From positions 13,492 through 77,491 of the IMG/VR virus record IMGVR_UViG_3300042566_000510: 64,000 nucleotides of DNA, one strand, 5' to 3'. Source of the stretch: a virus. The notes under the pieces were generated by a model. The model saw only the letters and a program-made list of their open reading frames with translations, had not been told where the DNA came from and ran no database searches. The translations under genes were made by a program, and so were the position numbers. Positions 56,529 to 64,000 of the stretch are shown in pieces. Within the stretch, counting starts at the first letter, position 1. Every line of letters starts with the position of its first letter.

Positions 56529-56774
56529 TCATGCTTTACCTCTTGCTCGGATTGCTTCAGCGCAGTTTGTTGTTGCCCACCATGAGTTACCGGCAACAGC
56601 TTGTTTGTCTTTTTCTTCATCACAAATGGCAGCACACGCCTCACGCTCTTCTGCGCGCGCATGCTCGAGGAGCTGGTCAAGCATGCGGTAATCGATGAAG
56701 AAGTGATTGCTCCGCGATGGCAGCCGCAGGCCGGCAAGGCTGGCCCATTCGATGAGTTCTTGTTTACTGCTCAT
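56529..56774 (-). CDS. Hypothetical protein
   Basis: EREACAAIC..CAEAIRARG. Confidence 0.65.
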   Translation of the reverse strand: MSSKQELIEWASLAGLRLPSRSNHFFIDYRMLDQLLEHARAEEREACAAICDEEKDKQAVAGNSWWATTNCAEAIRARGKA

Positions 56775-57067
56775 GCAGCCTCCACTTTGGCGATGGCGGC
56801 GCGGGCAACTTTGATGCATGCCCATGCTTCGCACTTTGATGCATCGCCGTATTGGTCTTTGGCATGCTGCTGATTGAATTCGATGATCTTCTGGAGTGCA
56901 TGCAACAACTCAGGCGCGGCGGCGATCAGTCGGGCGTTGGCTTCTTCGCCATACACCCGTGCAATCACGTTACCTTTGATATCCCACACGTTGAACAAAC
57001 GCTTCTCAACATACGGAATCCCTTGATTTGTGAACCAAGGCCCAGAGGTGTGCTTCAGTAATTCCAT
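56771..57067 (-). CDS. Phage hypothetical protein
   Basis: HTSGPW..ANARLIAAAPELL. Confidence 0.75.
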   Translation of the reverse strand: MELLKHTSGPWFTNQGIPYVEKRLFNVWDIKGNVIARVYGEEANARLIAAAPELLHALQKIIEFNQQHAKDQYGDASKCEAWACIKVARAAIAKVEAA

Positions 57068-57209
57068 GGCTTGGCTCCCAATGCGGCCGCGCGGGCCTTT
57101 GCTGCTGGCTTGCTGTCGTAGTAGCCCTCGGTCTCGGATCCGACCAGGCTGGGTGTGCTGGTGATGATCAGTTGCCAGCGGCCGCCGGACTTGAAGATGT
57201 GTGCGTATT

Positions 57210-57476
57210 TCATGGGGTCTCCTGCAGTAAGTGATTGATGGCCTCTTGCTCGAGGCGCTCTTGGTCTTCTTCGGTCAGTAGCTCGAGCAGATCCGCATCG
57301 GCCTGTTCGCCGTACTCGTCGAGCAGGTCAAAGGCGATCCACGGCCCCTCGCCTGGCGTCCAGTTGTCTGGGTGGCCAGTGCGGCAGGCTGGTTCGCCGG
57401 CGTCAAAGTCGGTAATGCCCAGCTTGACCGGGATGCCGATGAGCTCGGCGTTGATGATCTCGATGTACTCGCTCAT
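57210..57476 (-). CDS. Acidic hypothetical protein
   Basis: GHPDNWTPGE motif. Confidence 0.65.
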   Translation of the reverse strand: MSEYIEIINAELIGIPVKLGITDFDAGEPACRTGHPDNWTPGEGPWIAFDLLDEYGEQADADLLELLTEEDQERLEQEAINHLLQETP

Positions 57477-57691
57477 GACAGAGCCTTTAGGCGGCTGTTG
57501 GCGGCGAGAATCTTGCGAGCTACCTCGGAGGTGAGGAAGTGGGTGCGCTTCATGCGGGAGTACGAGTTGTGGCTGATGCCGGCTGCACGACAGGCTGCAC
57601 CAACTCCGCCGTGAACGCGCTCGAGTTTGTCGAACAGGGTGATGAAGGCTGGCACCTTTGACTGGATGATTTGATTTACTGCTGCTGGCAT
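57473..57691 (-). CDS. Cro-like HTH protein
   Basis: GGVGAACRAAGISHNSYSRMK; GAGG RBS. Confidence 0.55.
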   Translation of the reverse strand: MPAAVNQIIQSKVPAFITLFDKLERVHGGVGAACRAAGISHNSYSRMKRTHFLTSEVARKILAANSRLKALS

Positions 57692-57698
57692 GACGTCC

Positions 57699-57935
57699 TC
57701 ACAGTCCAATGATGTTGCGTGCGCCGGCGAGAACTTTGCCGGCTTTGGCGCGGCGACCCTCGGCCAGCAGGGCATCCGCATGACGGGCGCCGCCAACGGC
57801 TGCAGCCCAGAGTTCATTGCGACCGCTGAGCGGAACAGCCTCGAGCGCTGCCAGTGTGTCGTTGATCTTGCGCAGCAAGCCGCCGCCGGTGCGCTCAGAG
57901 ATGGCGTAGCCGCCGTGTGTTGTGTTTGTTTGCAT
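57699..57935 (-). CDS. Hypothetical protein
   Basis: AGGAG RBS. Confidence 0.65.
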   Translation of the reverse strand: MQTNTTHGGYAISERTGGGLLRKINDTLAALEAVPLSGRNELWAAAVGGARHADALLAEGRRAKAGKVLAGARNIIGL

Positions 57936-57956
57936 GGTGAGCTCCTAGTTGGTTGA

Positions 57957-58124
57957 TTAGTTGTGGCAGAGACCGGCGTCGATGAGTGAAACAGCGAGGC
58001 GGCCATAGGCGCCCTGCAGCTTCCACACCCAGCCCTTGTCGATGCCGTCTTGGATGAATTCGATGATCTGATCTTCGTCGAGCAAGCCGCTCTCGAAAGC
58101 GATGAGTTGGTCAATGTTGGGCAT
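57957..58124 (-). CDS. Small phage protein (55 aa, not in ORF track)
   Basis: AGGAG RBS; IAFESG..WKLQGAYGR..LIDAG. Confidence 0.7.
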   Translation of the reverse strand: MPNIDQLIAFESGLLDEDQIIEFIQDGIDKGWVWKLQGAYGRLAVSLIDAGLCHN

Positions 58125-58154
58125 GTTGGGCTCCTAAAAGGTTGATTGCTGATG

Positions 58155-58280
58155 AAAATAATTGTTGCGTCATAAAACATTCTCGTCAACCAATACCCGA
58201 CTGAAGCGTGTGGTTACCCGAGTAAAGTGTGGGGAATTAACAACATATTGTTGCGTCACCACAACACTTTGTGGTATAGT
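58155..58280. promoter_or_regulatory. Divergent promoters (leftward early, rightward late) with operators
   Basis: Left TTGACG-17-AACAAT; right TTGCGT-18-TATAGT with extended TG; CAACATATTGTTG at 58241. Confidence 0.65.
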
Positions 58281-58458
58281 CGCGCACGCGCTCGGCATAA
58301 GTCGTGCGCACACAAGAATTACAAGCCAGTGGCTCCACCTTTGAGGGCGGAGCTACGTCTATACATAGGGGATCGGCATGAAAAAGCGCGAAGGCGATGG
58401 ATATGCCATCCCAACCAGCGATGGAATCACTTCCGACCTGAACCCCGTAGCGATTTAA

Positions 58459-58529
58459 CGCAGACAATCAGGGTATCGGCAGGCCTCATAAGCCCAGCCT
58501 CGGAGTTTCGAGTACTCCGTCTGCAACCA
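58459..58529 (+). tRNA. Degenerate tRNA-Met(CAT)-like RNA
   Basis: C1:A72 mismatch with GCAGAC/GTCTGC acceptor and ACCA end; loop CTCATAA; T arm GGAGT-TTCGAGT-ACTCC; D arm reduced. Confidence 0.5.
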
Positions 58530-58562
58530 ACAATCCCCTAACCGCGTCAGTGGTCTGGGGCG

Positions 58563-58586
58563 AAAACCCCGCTTCGGCGGGTTTTT
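58563..58586 (+). terminator. tR'-like terminator before the lysis genes
   Basis: CCCGC-ttcg-GCGGG followed by TTTTT. Confidence 0.8.
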
Positions 58587-58602
58587 CATTTAAGGCCTTC
58601 CC

Positions 58603-58812
58603 ATGAACTTGATCGACAACTGGAAGGCAGTTGCGACCAAGGCATGGAGCATGCGACTGGTGCTGCTGTCTGCTGTGCTATCCGCTATTGAGGTTGCTCT
58701 GCCCTACTTCGATGGAGCCATGCCTCGCGGCGCGTTCGCCATCCTGGCTCTGGTGGTGTCGGTGTCTGCTGCGATTGCACGGTTAGTCGCCCAACCGAGG
58801 TTGCACGAATGA
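58603..58812 (+). CDS. Holin
   Basis: Two TM segments; LIDNWK..AWSMRL..RLVAQ; precedes the endolysin. Confidence 0.8.
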   Translation: MNLIDNWKAVATKAWSMRLVLLSAVLSAIEVALPYFDGAMPRGAFAILALVVSVSAAIARLVAQPRLHE

Positions 58813-59279
58813 CAGCCAAGAGAATCGGCATCGCCGCAGCGATTGCGACTGCTATTGCAATACCAGCCGAGGGCTTGAGGCAAGTCGCCTATTACGACCC
58901 GCCAGGTGTGCTCACCGTGTGTTACGGCAGCACTACCAACGTGGTCCCAGGCAAGGTGTACAGCCTGCAGGAATGCAAGGCACGGCTTACGGCCGACATG
59001 CTTTCCGCTGTGGAGCAGGTTGATCGGTGTCAGCCAGGGCTGCCAGAGAACGTGCTCGCTGCTTTCGGTGATGCTGTCTACAACATGGGTCCAACCATTG
59101 CATGCGACACCAGCCGCTCAACAGCAGCTAGGTTGCTGAAGGCGGGAGAGATCGCCGCAGCTTGCCAACAGCTCCCAAGATGGGACAAGGCTCGAGTTGC
59201 CGGCCAGATGGTCAGCTTGCCTGGCCTAACCAAACGCAGGGCCGTCGAGAAGGCGGTCTGCCTCGGGGAAGCGCAATGA
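58809..59279 (+). CDS. Endolysin (GH24 lysozyme, SAR-like N-terminus)
   Basis: EGLRQVAYYDPPGVLTVCYGST; LPGLTKRR. Confidence 0.92.
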   Translation: MTAKRIGIAAAIATAIAIPAEGLRQVAYYDPPGVLTVCYGSTTNVVPGKVYSLQECKARLTADMLSAVEQVDRCQPGLPENVLAAFGDAVYNMGPTIACDTSRSTAARLLKAGEIAAACQQLPRWDKARVAGQMVSLPGLTKRRAVEKAVCLGEAQ

Positions 59280-59776
59280 TTATTCCGCCGCAGCTCGCGT
59301 TGTACGCAACGCAGGTGTGGTTCAAGGTTGCCGCAGTCGCACTGATCGTGCTGGCCATCTTCGTTGGTGGCTATCACTTCGGATCGAAGTCGACCCAGGC
59401 AGAGTGGGACAAGCAGATTGCCGTTCAAACCCAAGAGCGTCTGGCTGCTGAGCAGTCGGCCCGCAAAGAGGAGCAACGCCGTGCAGAAGAATCCCGCCGT
59501 GTGGTGGACGAGCTGGCTCAACGTGAAGCTGTATCCCGCACTCGCGCTGCTGCTGCTGAGCGGACTGTTGTCAGCCTGCGCAACGAGGTTGCCCGTCTCA
59601 ACGCCCGTCCAGCCCCCGGCAATGCCGAAGCCGCCGGCTACGCTAATGAAGCCCGTGTCGCCCGAGAGTTACTCGGGGCGTGCGGCAAAGAATACGGGGA
59701 TCTGGCAGCAGAAGCTGACGGACTCCGCGACCAAGTAACCGGCCTCCAGGATTGGGTGGTCCATGTCACACAGTGA
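59276..59776 (+). CDS. i-spanin (Rz-like)
   Basis: N-terminal TM followed by coiled coil. Confidence 0.8.
   Translation: MIIPPQLALYATQVWFKVAAVALIVLAIFVGGYHFGSKSTQAEWDKQIAVQTQERLAAEQSARKEEQRRAEESRRVVDELAQREAVSRTRAAAAERTVVSLRNEVARLNARPAPGNAEAAGYANEARVARELLGACGKEYGDLAAEADGLRDQVTGLQDWVVHVTQ
59523..59738 (+). CDS. o-spanin (Rz1-like), nested lipoprotein
   Basis: GTG start; LLSAC lipobox; Pro-rich; embedded out of frame in Rz. Confidence 0.75.
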   Translation: MKLYPALALLLLSGLLSACATRLPVSTPVQPPAMPKPPATLMKPVSPESYSGRAAKNTGIWQQKLTDSATK

Positions 59777-59783
59777 GGGCTGC

Positions 59784-60146
59784 ATGCCTCCAGAAACCGA
59801 CCTGGCTGTAGCCATAGCAAAAATTGAAGCCATCTCAGGTGATATGGCAGAGGTGAAGGCGACCATGAGAGAGCTGGCCAGCGCCGTCTCCAAGCTCGCC
59901 GTTATTGAAGAGCGCCAGTCGTCGACCAATGAGTCAATCAACCGGGCCTTCAAAGAGATCAACAAGCTTACCGAGAGGATCGGATCCCTCGAGCAGGCTC
60001 AGCCAATTCAAAAGCAGTCCAGCGACCTAGTCCAGACTGCCGTCAAGTACATCGCCGTCGCCCTCTTGGGTGCTGTGATCTCCGGACTGTGGAGACCAGC
60101 TCCTATGGCGCCGACACAAACACCGCCCGCCATCGTGGGCAAGTAA
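59784..60146 (+). CDS. Coiled-coil protein with C-terminal TM
   Basis: KLAVIEERQ..AFKEI..TM segment. Confidence 0.7.
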   Translation: MPPETDLAVAIAKIEAISGDMAEVKATMRELASAVSKLAVIEERQSSTNESINRAFKEINKLTERIGSLEQAQPIQKQSSDLVQTAVKYIAVALLGAVISGLWRPAPMAPTQTPPAIVGK

Positions 60147-60149
60147 GCA

Positions 60150-60299
60150 ATGAACACACAGAATAACCAACCATCCAACATCGACGGCAGCGAGTTGCGC
60201 GATGCGCACGCTGAGCTCGACTTGGACTCCGACGCCCCAATGACTCCCGCCTGCCCGCTTAACCGTGGTGACGGTGAGATCTGCGAGGCGTGCCAGTAA
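60150..60299 (+). CDS. 49-aa acidic peptide ending ACPL..CEACQ (not in ORF track)
   Basis: Fills the gap between two genes; C-terminus resembles the class I RNR alpha tail. Confidence 0.6.
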   Translation: MNTQNNQPSNIDGSELRDAHAELDLDSDAPMTPACPLNRGDGEICEACQ

Positions 60300-60308
60300 G
60301 GCGCTGCT

Positions 60309-60800
60309 ATGTCTGGTGAGGCAGATAAGAAGCACGTCGACTGGGAGCTAATCGAGAAGGATTACCGAGCCGGCATTAAGACGCTGCGTCAGATTGGCGG
60401 AGAGTGTGGCGTTTCGCACACTGCCATCATGAAGAGGGCTGACAAAGGAAACTGGACTCGCGTCGCCACACCGGCGCCGACCATGGAGCGATCCATATCA
60501 GTTACTGATGTCGCTGACGAGTTCAAGACTCCTGGGTTTGTGTACGTGATCTTCTTCCACACAGGATCGGAGACCTTCTACAAGATTGGCTTGGCCAATC
60601 ACCTGGATGGGAGACTGAAGTCGCACCAATGCTCGAACCCGTTTGAGGTGCGCGTTGCCATTGCGTACTTCGTCCCCAACATGCGCGTTGAGGAGCGTAC
60701 GCTGCACCAGCTGTTCGCTGCCAAGCGAGTTCGCGGAGAGTGGTTCACGCTAGAGCGTCATGACCTGGAGGCGATTGCTAAGCGATCGTTGCTGGCATGA
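60309..60800 (+). CDS. TerS-like HTH fused to a GIY-YIG (T5orf172-like) nuclease
   Basis: VDWELIEKDYRAG..WTR then GFVYVI..YKIG..RLKSHQ..EERTLH..RVRGEWF. Confidence 0.8.
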   Translation: MSGEADKKHVDWELIEKDYRAGIKTLRQIGGECGVSHTAIMKRADKGNWTRVATPAPTMERSISVTDVADEFKTPGFVYVIFFHTGSETFYKIGLANHLDGRLKSHQCSNPFEVRVAIAYFVPNMRVEERTLHQLFAAKRVRGEWFTLERHDLEAIAKRSLLA

Positions 60801-61432
60801 GTGATAAGGATCAGAAGGTTATCGACTGGGAGGTCATAGAGAAGCACTACCGTGCTGGCCTCAAGTCACTGCGTACCATCGCAGAGGAGAGTGGCGTCAC
60901 TGAAGGAGCAATCCGTAAGCGCGCTAAGCGTGATCAGTGGACGCGCAATCTCGATGAAAAGATTCAGCAGCGAGCCAAGGAGAAGGTACGCAAAGAGGTG
61001 GTACGCAAGCCTGGTACGCAGCTAACAGCAACTTCCGAGAAGGAGGTTGTTGAGCAGTATTCCGACGTCGTCGCTTCCGTGGACATGATCCAACGGGAGG
61101 ACGTGAAGCTGGCCATCGACAACAGTCGCAGCCAATTGAAAGAGCTGGTTGGCTTGGGTGATCCCAAGTTCGCCGAGGCTTTGGTCTGGTTGGGTGAGCA
61201 ATACGACGAGTCCGGCCCGACAGCCAACGGTGGCTGGAAGAACGACAAAGCCAACGAGCTCTATCAGTACATCATCTCCTTGGCCGGTCGAGTCAAGATG
61301 TCCAAGGAGATCGCGGCGAGCCATGGTGTTTACCTGCCGCTGCAGCGCAAGATCTTCGGCTTGGATGCCGAGAAGAAGTCCGCTGGTGAGTTTGAAGAGA
61401 TGCTGCGCAATGTTCAGTTGCAGGCTGACTGA
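60797..61432 (+). CDS. terS: Terminase small subunit
   Basis: IDWEVIEKHYRAG..GAIRKRAKRDQWTR; directly precedes TerL. Confidence 0.8.
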   Translation: MSDKDQKVIDWEVIEKHYRAGLKSLRTIAEESGVTEGAIRKRAKRDQWTRNLDEKIQQRAKEKVRKEVVRKPGTQLTATSEKEVVEQYSDVVASVDMIQREDVKLAIDNSRSQLKELVGLGDPKFAEALVWLGEQYDESGPTANGGWKNDKANELYQYIISLAGRVKMSKEIAASHGVYLPLQRKIFGLDAEKKSAGEFEEMLRNVQLQAD

Positions 61433-62973
61433 TGGCTGGCGGATCTCTGAACGCTGAGCAGCAAGCCAAGCTTCTGCTGTTGAACAACAACCTCGAGGTC
61501 TACTCGGCACACTGTCTGAGGATCCTCGATAAGGTCGGCACGAAGCTGCCGTTCATATTTAACCAAGCGCAACGCTACGTGCATGAGCGCTTGGAGCGCC
61601 AGCTCGCTGAGACGGGCATGGTGCGAGCTTTGATTCTGAAGGGTCGTCAGCAAGGGATCTCCACCTATGTGGGTGCGAGGTTCTATCACAAGACCTCGAT
61701 GACCTTTGGTCGCCGCGCTTTCATTGTGGCGCACGAGATCAAGGCGACGAACAACTTGTTCTCGATGGTAAAGCGTTACCACGACAACAACCCGATGCCG
61801 ATCAGCACTGGCGCGACGAACGCGCAAGAGTTGATCTTTGACAAGCTGGACAGCGGCTACAAGCTGGCCACCGCAGGCACTGACGACGTCGGCCGATCGA
61901 ACACCGCGCAGCTGCTGCACGGCTCAGAGTTCGGCTTCTGGCGCAACGCAGCGATGCACTTGGCCGGTCTGGGTAACACTATTGGTGACTTGCCCGGGAC
62001 TGAGGTGATTCTCGAGTCCACGGCCAACGGTCTGGGCAATCAGTTTCACGCCATGTGGCAAGAGGCTGAGGCTGGCAAGGGCGACTACATCGCCATCTTC
62101 GTGCCTTGGTTCTGGCAGGTTGAATACCGCGCCCCGGTTCGCAAGGACTTTGAGCTAAGCACCGAGGATCGCGAATACCAGCAAGCCTACGGGCTTGACA
62201 TGGAGCAAATGCAGTGGCGGGCTAATAAGATCGCCACTTACGGTCGCGGCCACGAATGGCTGTTTGACCAGGAATATCCGGCCACTGCCGCTCTGGCGTT
62301 CAAGACGTCGACGATGAACCCGCTGATCAGCCCCAACGCTGTGATCCGGGCGGCGACTACTGACTTCCGTGAGCGCTCTGGCCCGCTGATCATTGGCTGT
62401 GACCCGGCCGGTGACGGTGAAGGCAAGCACGACCGCAGCGCGATTGCATTCCGCCAAGGGCGTACATGCCCCCGCCTCGAGTGGTTGCCGTCAGACTACA
62501 GCCCGATGCAAATCGCTGGTCGCTTGGTCGAGATCTGGAATACACACCAGCCCGACGCGATCATCATCGACAAGGGCGGTCTCGGCGCTGGCATCTATGA
62601 CCGCTTGGTTGAGATGAACGTGCCGGTGATTGGCATCAACAACGCCGAGAGCGACACCGTTGACCCGGATCGCTACGAGAACGTGCGAGCTGGTATGTGG
62701 TGGCGCATGGAAGAGTGGTTCCACGACTTCCCCTGCCGCATCCCGAACGATCCGGCTTTGATCTCTGACGTGACTGCGCCTCAGCCTGAAGTGCATTCGA
62801 GCGGCAAGAAGTTGCTCGAGGCCAAGAAGAAGATGCAAAAGCGTGGCATCCGTTCACCAGACGGTGGCGATGCGCTGGCGCTGACGTTTGCGGTGCCCGT
62901 GGCTCCGCGACAAAAAGAGACCATCGGCTTGCCGCGTGGCTCATACAGAGCGCCGACCAGCGCAGGGTACTAA
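61432..62973 (+). CDS. terL: Terminase large subunit
   Basis: LKGRQQGIST Walker A; LHGSEF; ESTANG; GCDPAG; SPDGGDALAL. Confidence 0.95.
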   Translation: MAGGSLNAEQQAKLLLLNNNLEVYSAHCLRILDKVGTKLPFIFNQAQRYVHERLERQLAETGMVRALILKGRQQGISTYVGARFYHKTSMTFGRRAFIVAHEIKATNNLFSMVKRYHDNNPMPISTGATNAQELIFDKLDSGYKLATAGTDDVGRSNTAQLLHGSEFGFWRNAAMHLAGLGNTIGDLPGTEVILESTANGLGNQFHAMWQEAEAGKGDYIAIFVPWFWQVEYRAPVRKDFELSTEDREYQQAYGLDMEQMQWRANKIATYGRGHEWLFDQEYPATAALAFKTSTMNPLISPNAVIRAATTDFRERSGPLIIGCDPAGDGEGKHDRSAIAFRQGRTCPRLEWLPSDYSPMQIAGRLVEIWNTHQPDAIIIDKGGLGAGIYDRLVEMNVPVIGINNAESDTVDPDRYENVRAGMWWRMEEWFHDFPCRIPNDPALISDVTAPQPEVHSSGKKLLEAKKKMQKRGIRSPDGGDALALTFAVPVAPRQKETIGLPRGSYRAPTSAGY

Positions 62974-62985
62974 GGATGGGATCTG

Positions 62986-63303
62986 ATGGCGGATGAGTAT
63001 CAAGACTCCTGGAAGAGCGGAATGCTCGAGCCAGGCAACATCGACCTGGCCAAGCGTCCGGTCGTGAAGAACAAAGACGGATCCATCAGTACCGTTCGCT
63101 CGATGAGCGTTGGCTTTGATGGCAAAGAAGTTCTGATCCCAACGGTGCATGACAGCGGCCGGATCATGAGCGACAACGAAGCCATCAAGGAATACCAGAA
63201 GACAGGCCGTCACCTCGGCATGTTTGACACCCCAGACAGCGCGACCCGGTACGCCGAGCAGTTGCACAACGATCAGGCCAAACAATACGGCGCTGAGAAG
63301 TAA
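62986..63303 (+). CDS. Hypothetical protein
   Basis: GNIDLAKRPVVKNKDGSISTVRSMS..LIPTV..HLGMFDTP..LH. Confidence 0.7.
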   Translation: MADEYQDSWKSGMLEPGNIDLAKRPVVKNKDGSISTVRSMSVGFDGKEVLIPTVHDSGRIMSDNEAIKEYQKTGRHLGMFDTPDSATRYAEQLHNDQAKQYGAEK

Positions 63304-63312
63304 GGAAACACC

Positions 63313-63567
63313 ATGGCAGAAACCACCAACGAATACACCGACGCTTGGCACGAGGGCGAAGAAGGTCATCCCGTCGAGAACGCGGTGGCTGCTGCTGCCA
63401 AGAAGGTTGCGACGACTGAGCGCGATGAGTACATCACCGCCTACGCCGACATCGATGCCGGTCAGTCAGTGAATGGCGAAGACCTTAAAGACGTCAAGCT
63501 CAAAAACAAAAAAGGCTTAGCCGTCGACAAAGACGATCAAGCCGCCGAAGAGAATAAAAAGGATTAA
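63313..63567 (+). CDS. Acidic hypothetical protein
   Basis: AAGGA RBS. Confidence 0.65.
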   Translation: MAETTNEYTDAWHEGEEGHPVENAVAAAAKKVATTERDEYITAYADIDAGQSVNGEDLKDVKLKNKKGLAVDKDDQAAEENKKD

Positions 63568-63570
63568 GCC

Positions 63571-63942
63571 ATGGCCATGAAAGACCCCGGTAAGCTGTTT
63601 CTGACACTGCGCAACAGCGCAACCGTCGCCCACATCATGCACTTGGGCGCCATCGGTAACGGCAGCTATGCCCGCCACAAGGCGCTCAACGAGTACTACG
63701 ACGCCATCGTGCCATTGGCCGACCGCTTCGCCGAGGCTTACATGGGTCTGTGTGACGGCGAGCGCATCAAGTTCGGCGCTGCCAGCTTCAAGCTCGAGAC
63801 CGATCCCACGAAGATGCTCAAGACCATTCGTGCTGAGGTCGAAGCTGCACAAAAAGAGTGTGGCGACTCGATGATCATTCAGATCCTGGACGACGTCAAA
63901 GAGCTCGTCTGCGACACGATTTACCTGTTGACACTCAAGTGA
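63571..63942 (+). CDS. Ferritin/Dps-like four-helix protein
   Basis: HIMHL..SYARHKALNEYY..DRFAEAYMG..TIYLL. Confidence 0.75.
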   Translation: MAMKDPGKLFLTLRNSATVAHIMHLGAIGNGSYARHKALNEYYDAIVPLADRFAEAYMGLCDGERIKFGAASFKLETDPTKMLKTIRAEVEAAQKECGDSMIIQILDDVKELVCDTIYLLTLK

Positions 63943-64000
63943 GCGCAGTAGAACAAACCGAATACGCACTGGCCGCTGCTGACCAGTTGCGCGACGAAGC

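Larger units (their letters stand above)
1..64000. mobile_element. Temperate podovirus-like bacteriophage genome (partial, apparently non-integrated)
   Basis: Terminase, lysis, tail, internal virion, integrase, repressor, replication and recombination genes run continuously; no tape-measure protein and no host housekeeping genes seen. Confidence 0.93.

Noticed and set aside
55637-56737. 366-aa version of cassette protein B
   Set aside because: The first 100 codons overlap other genes; ATG 56437 is translationally coupled and matches the start style of paralogue A
57473-58189. 238-aa minus-strand ORF from the track
   Set aside because: It spans two better-supported small genes with strong RBSs; only the part from ATG 57691 looks real
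59523-59738. Nested lipoprotein gene as a novelty
   Set aside because: This is the established Rz/Rz1 spanin arrangement
1-64000. Alternative genetic code (stop reassignment)
   Set aside because: The standard code gives dense, full-length genes throughout

Overview
The whole 64 kb window is phage DNA. It looks like most of the genome of a temperate podovirus-type tailed phage, probably infecting a betaproteobacterium (inferred from the GC-rich composition, gene content and a tRNA-Cys-like att core). No host genes are visible and the integrase region is intact, so this appears to be the non-integrated (attP) form. Gene order: tail genes (1.3-6.4 kb); ejection/internal virion genes including two giant polyvalent proteins (6.5-23.4 kb); tRNA-Cys, HNH, putative attP, integrase and xis (23.7-25.9 kb); a leftward early recombination/nucleotide-metabolism arm (RdgC, SSB, RNA ligase, YqaJ exonuclease, RecT; 25.9-40.4 kb); a ~1.05 kb ORF-poor cluster of structured RNAs (40.5-41.55 kb); repressor; a rightward replication/nin/Q arm (42.3-48.6 kb); a second leftward accessory arm (48.6-58.1 kb); late promoter, lysis cassette and terminase (58.2-64 kb). 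Most notable: (i) the two injected giant proteins are chains of enzyme/toxin-like cassettes separated by a repeated S-x-D-R linker, and their only two cysteines sit at the facing ends; (ii) a gene with its own promoter and RBS is nested out of frame inside the larger one, right after a toxin-like cassette; (iii) an operator-controlled transcript made of tandem cloverleaf RNAs, one of which may pair with the replication-gene leader; (iv) a tRNA-Cys anticodon-arm att core next to a complete phage tRNA-Cys; (v) a genome-wide CAACA-N3-TGTTG operator network; (vi) repeat-flanked swappable coding cassettes. All family assignments come from motif recognition by eye; no searches were run.
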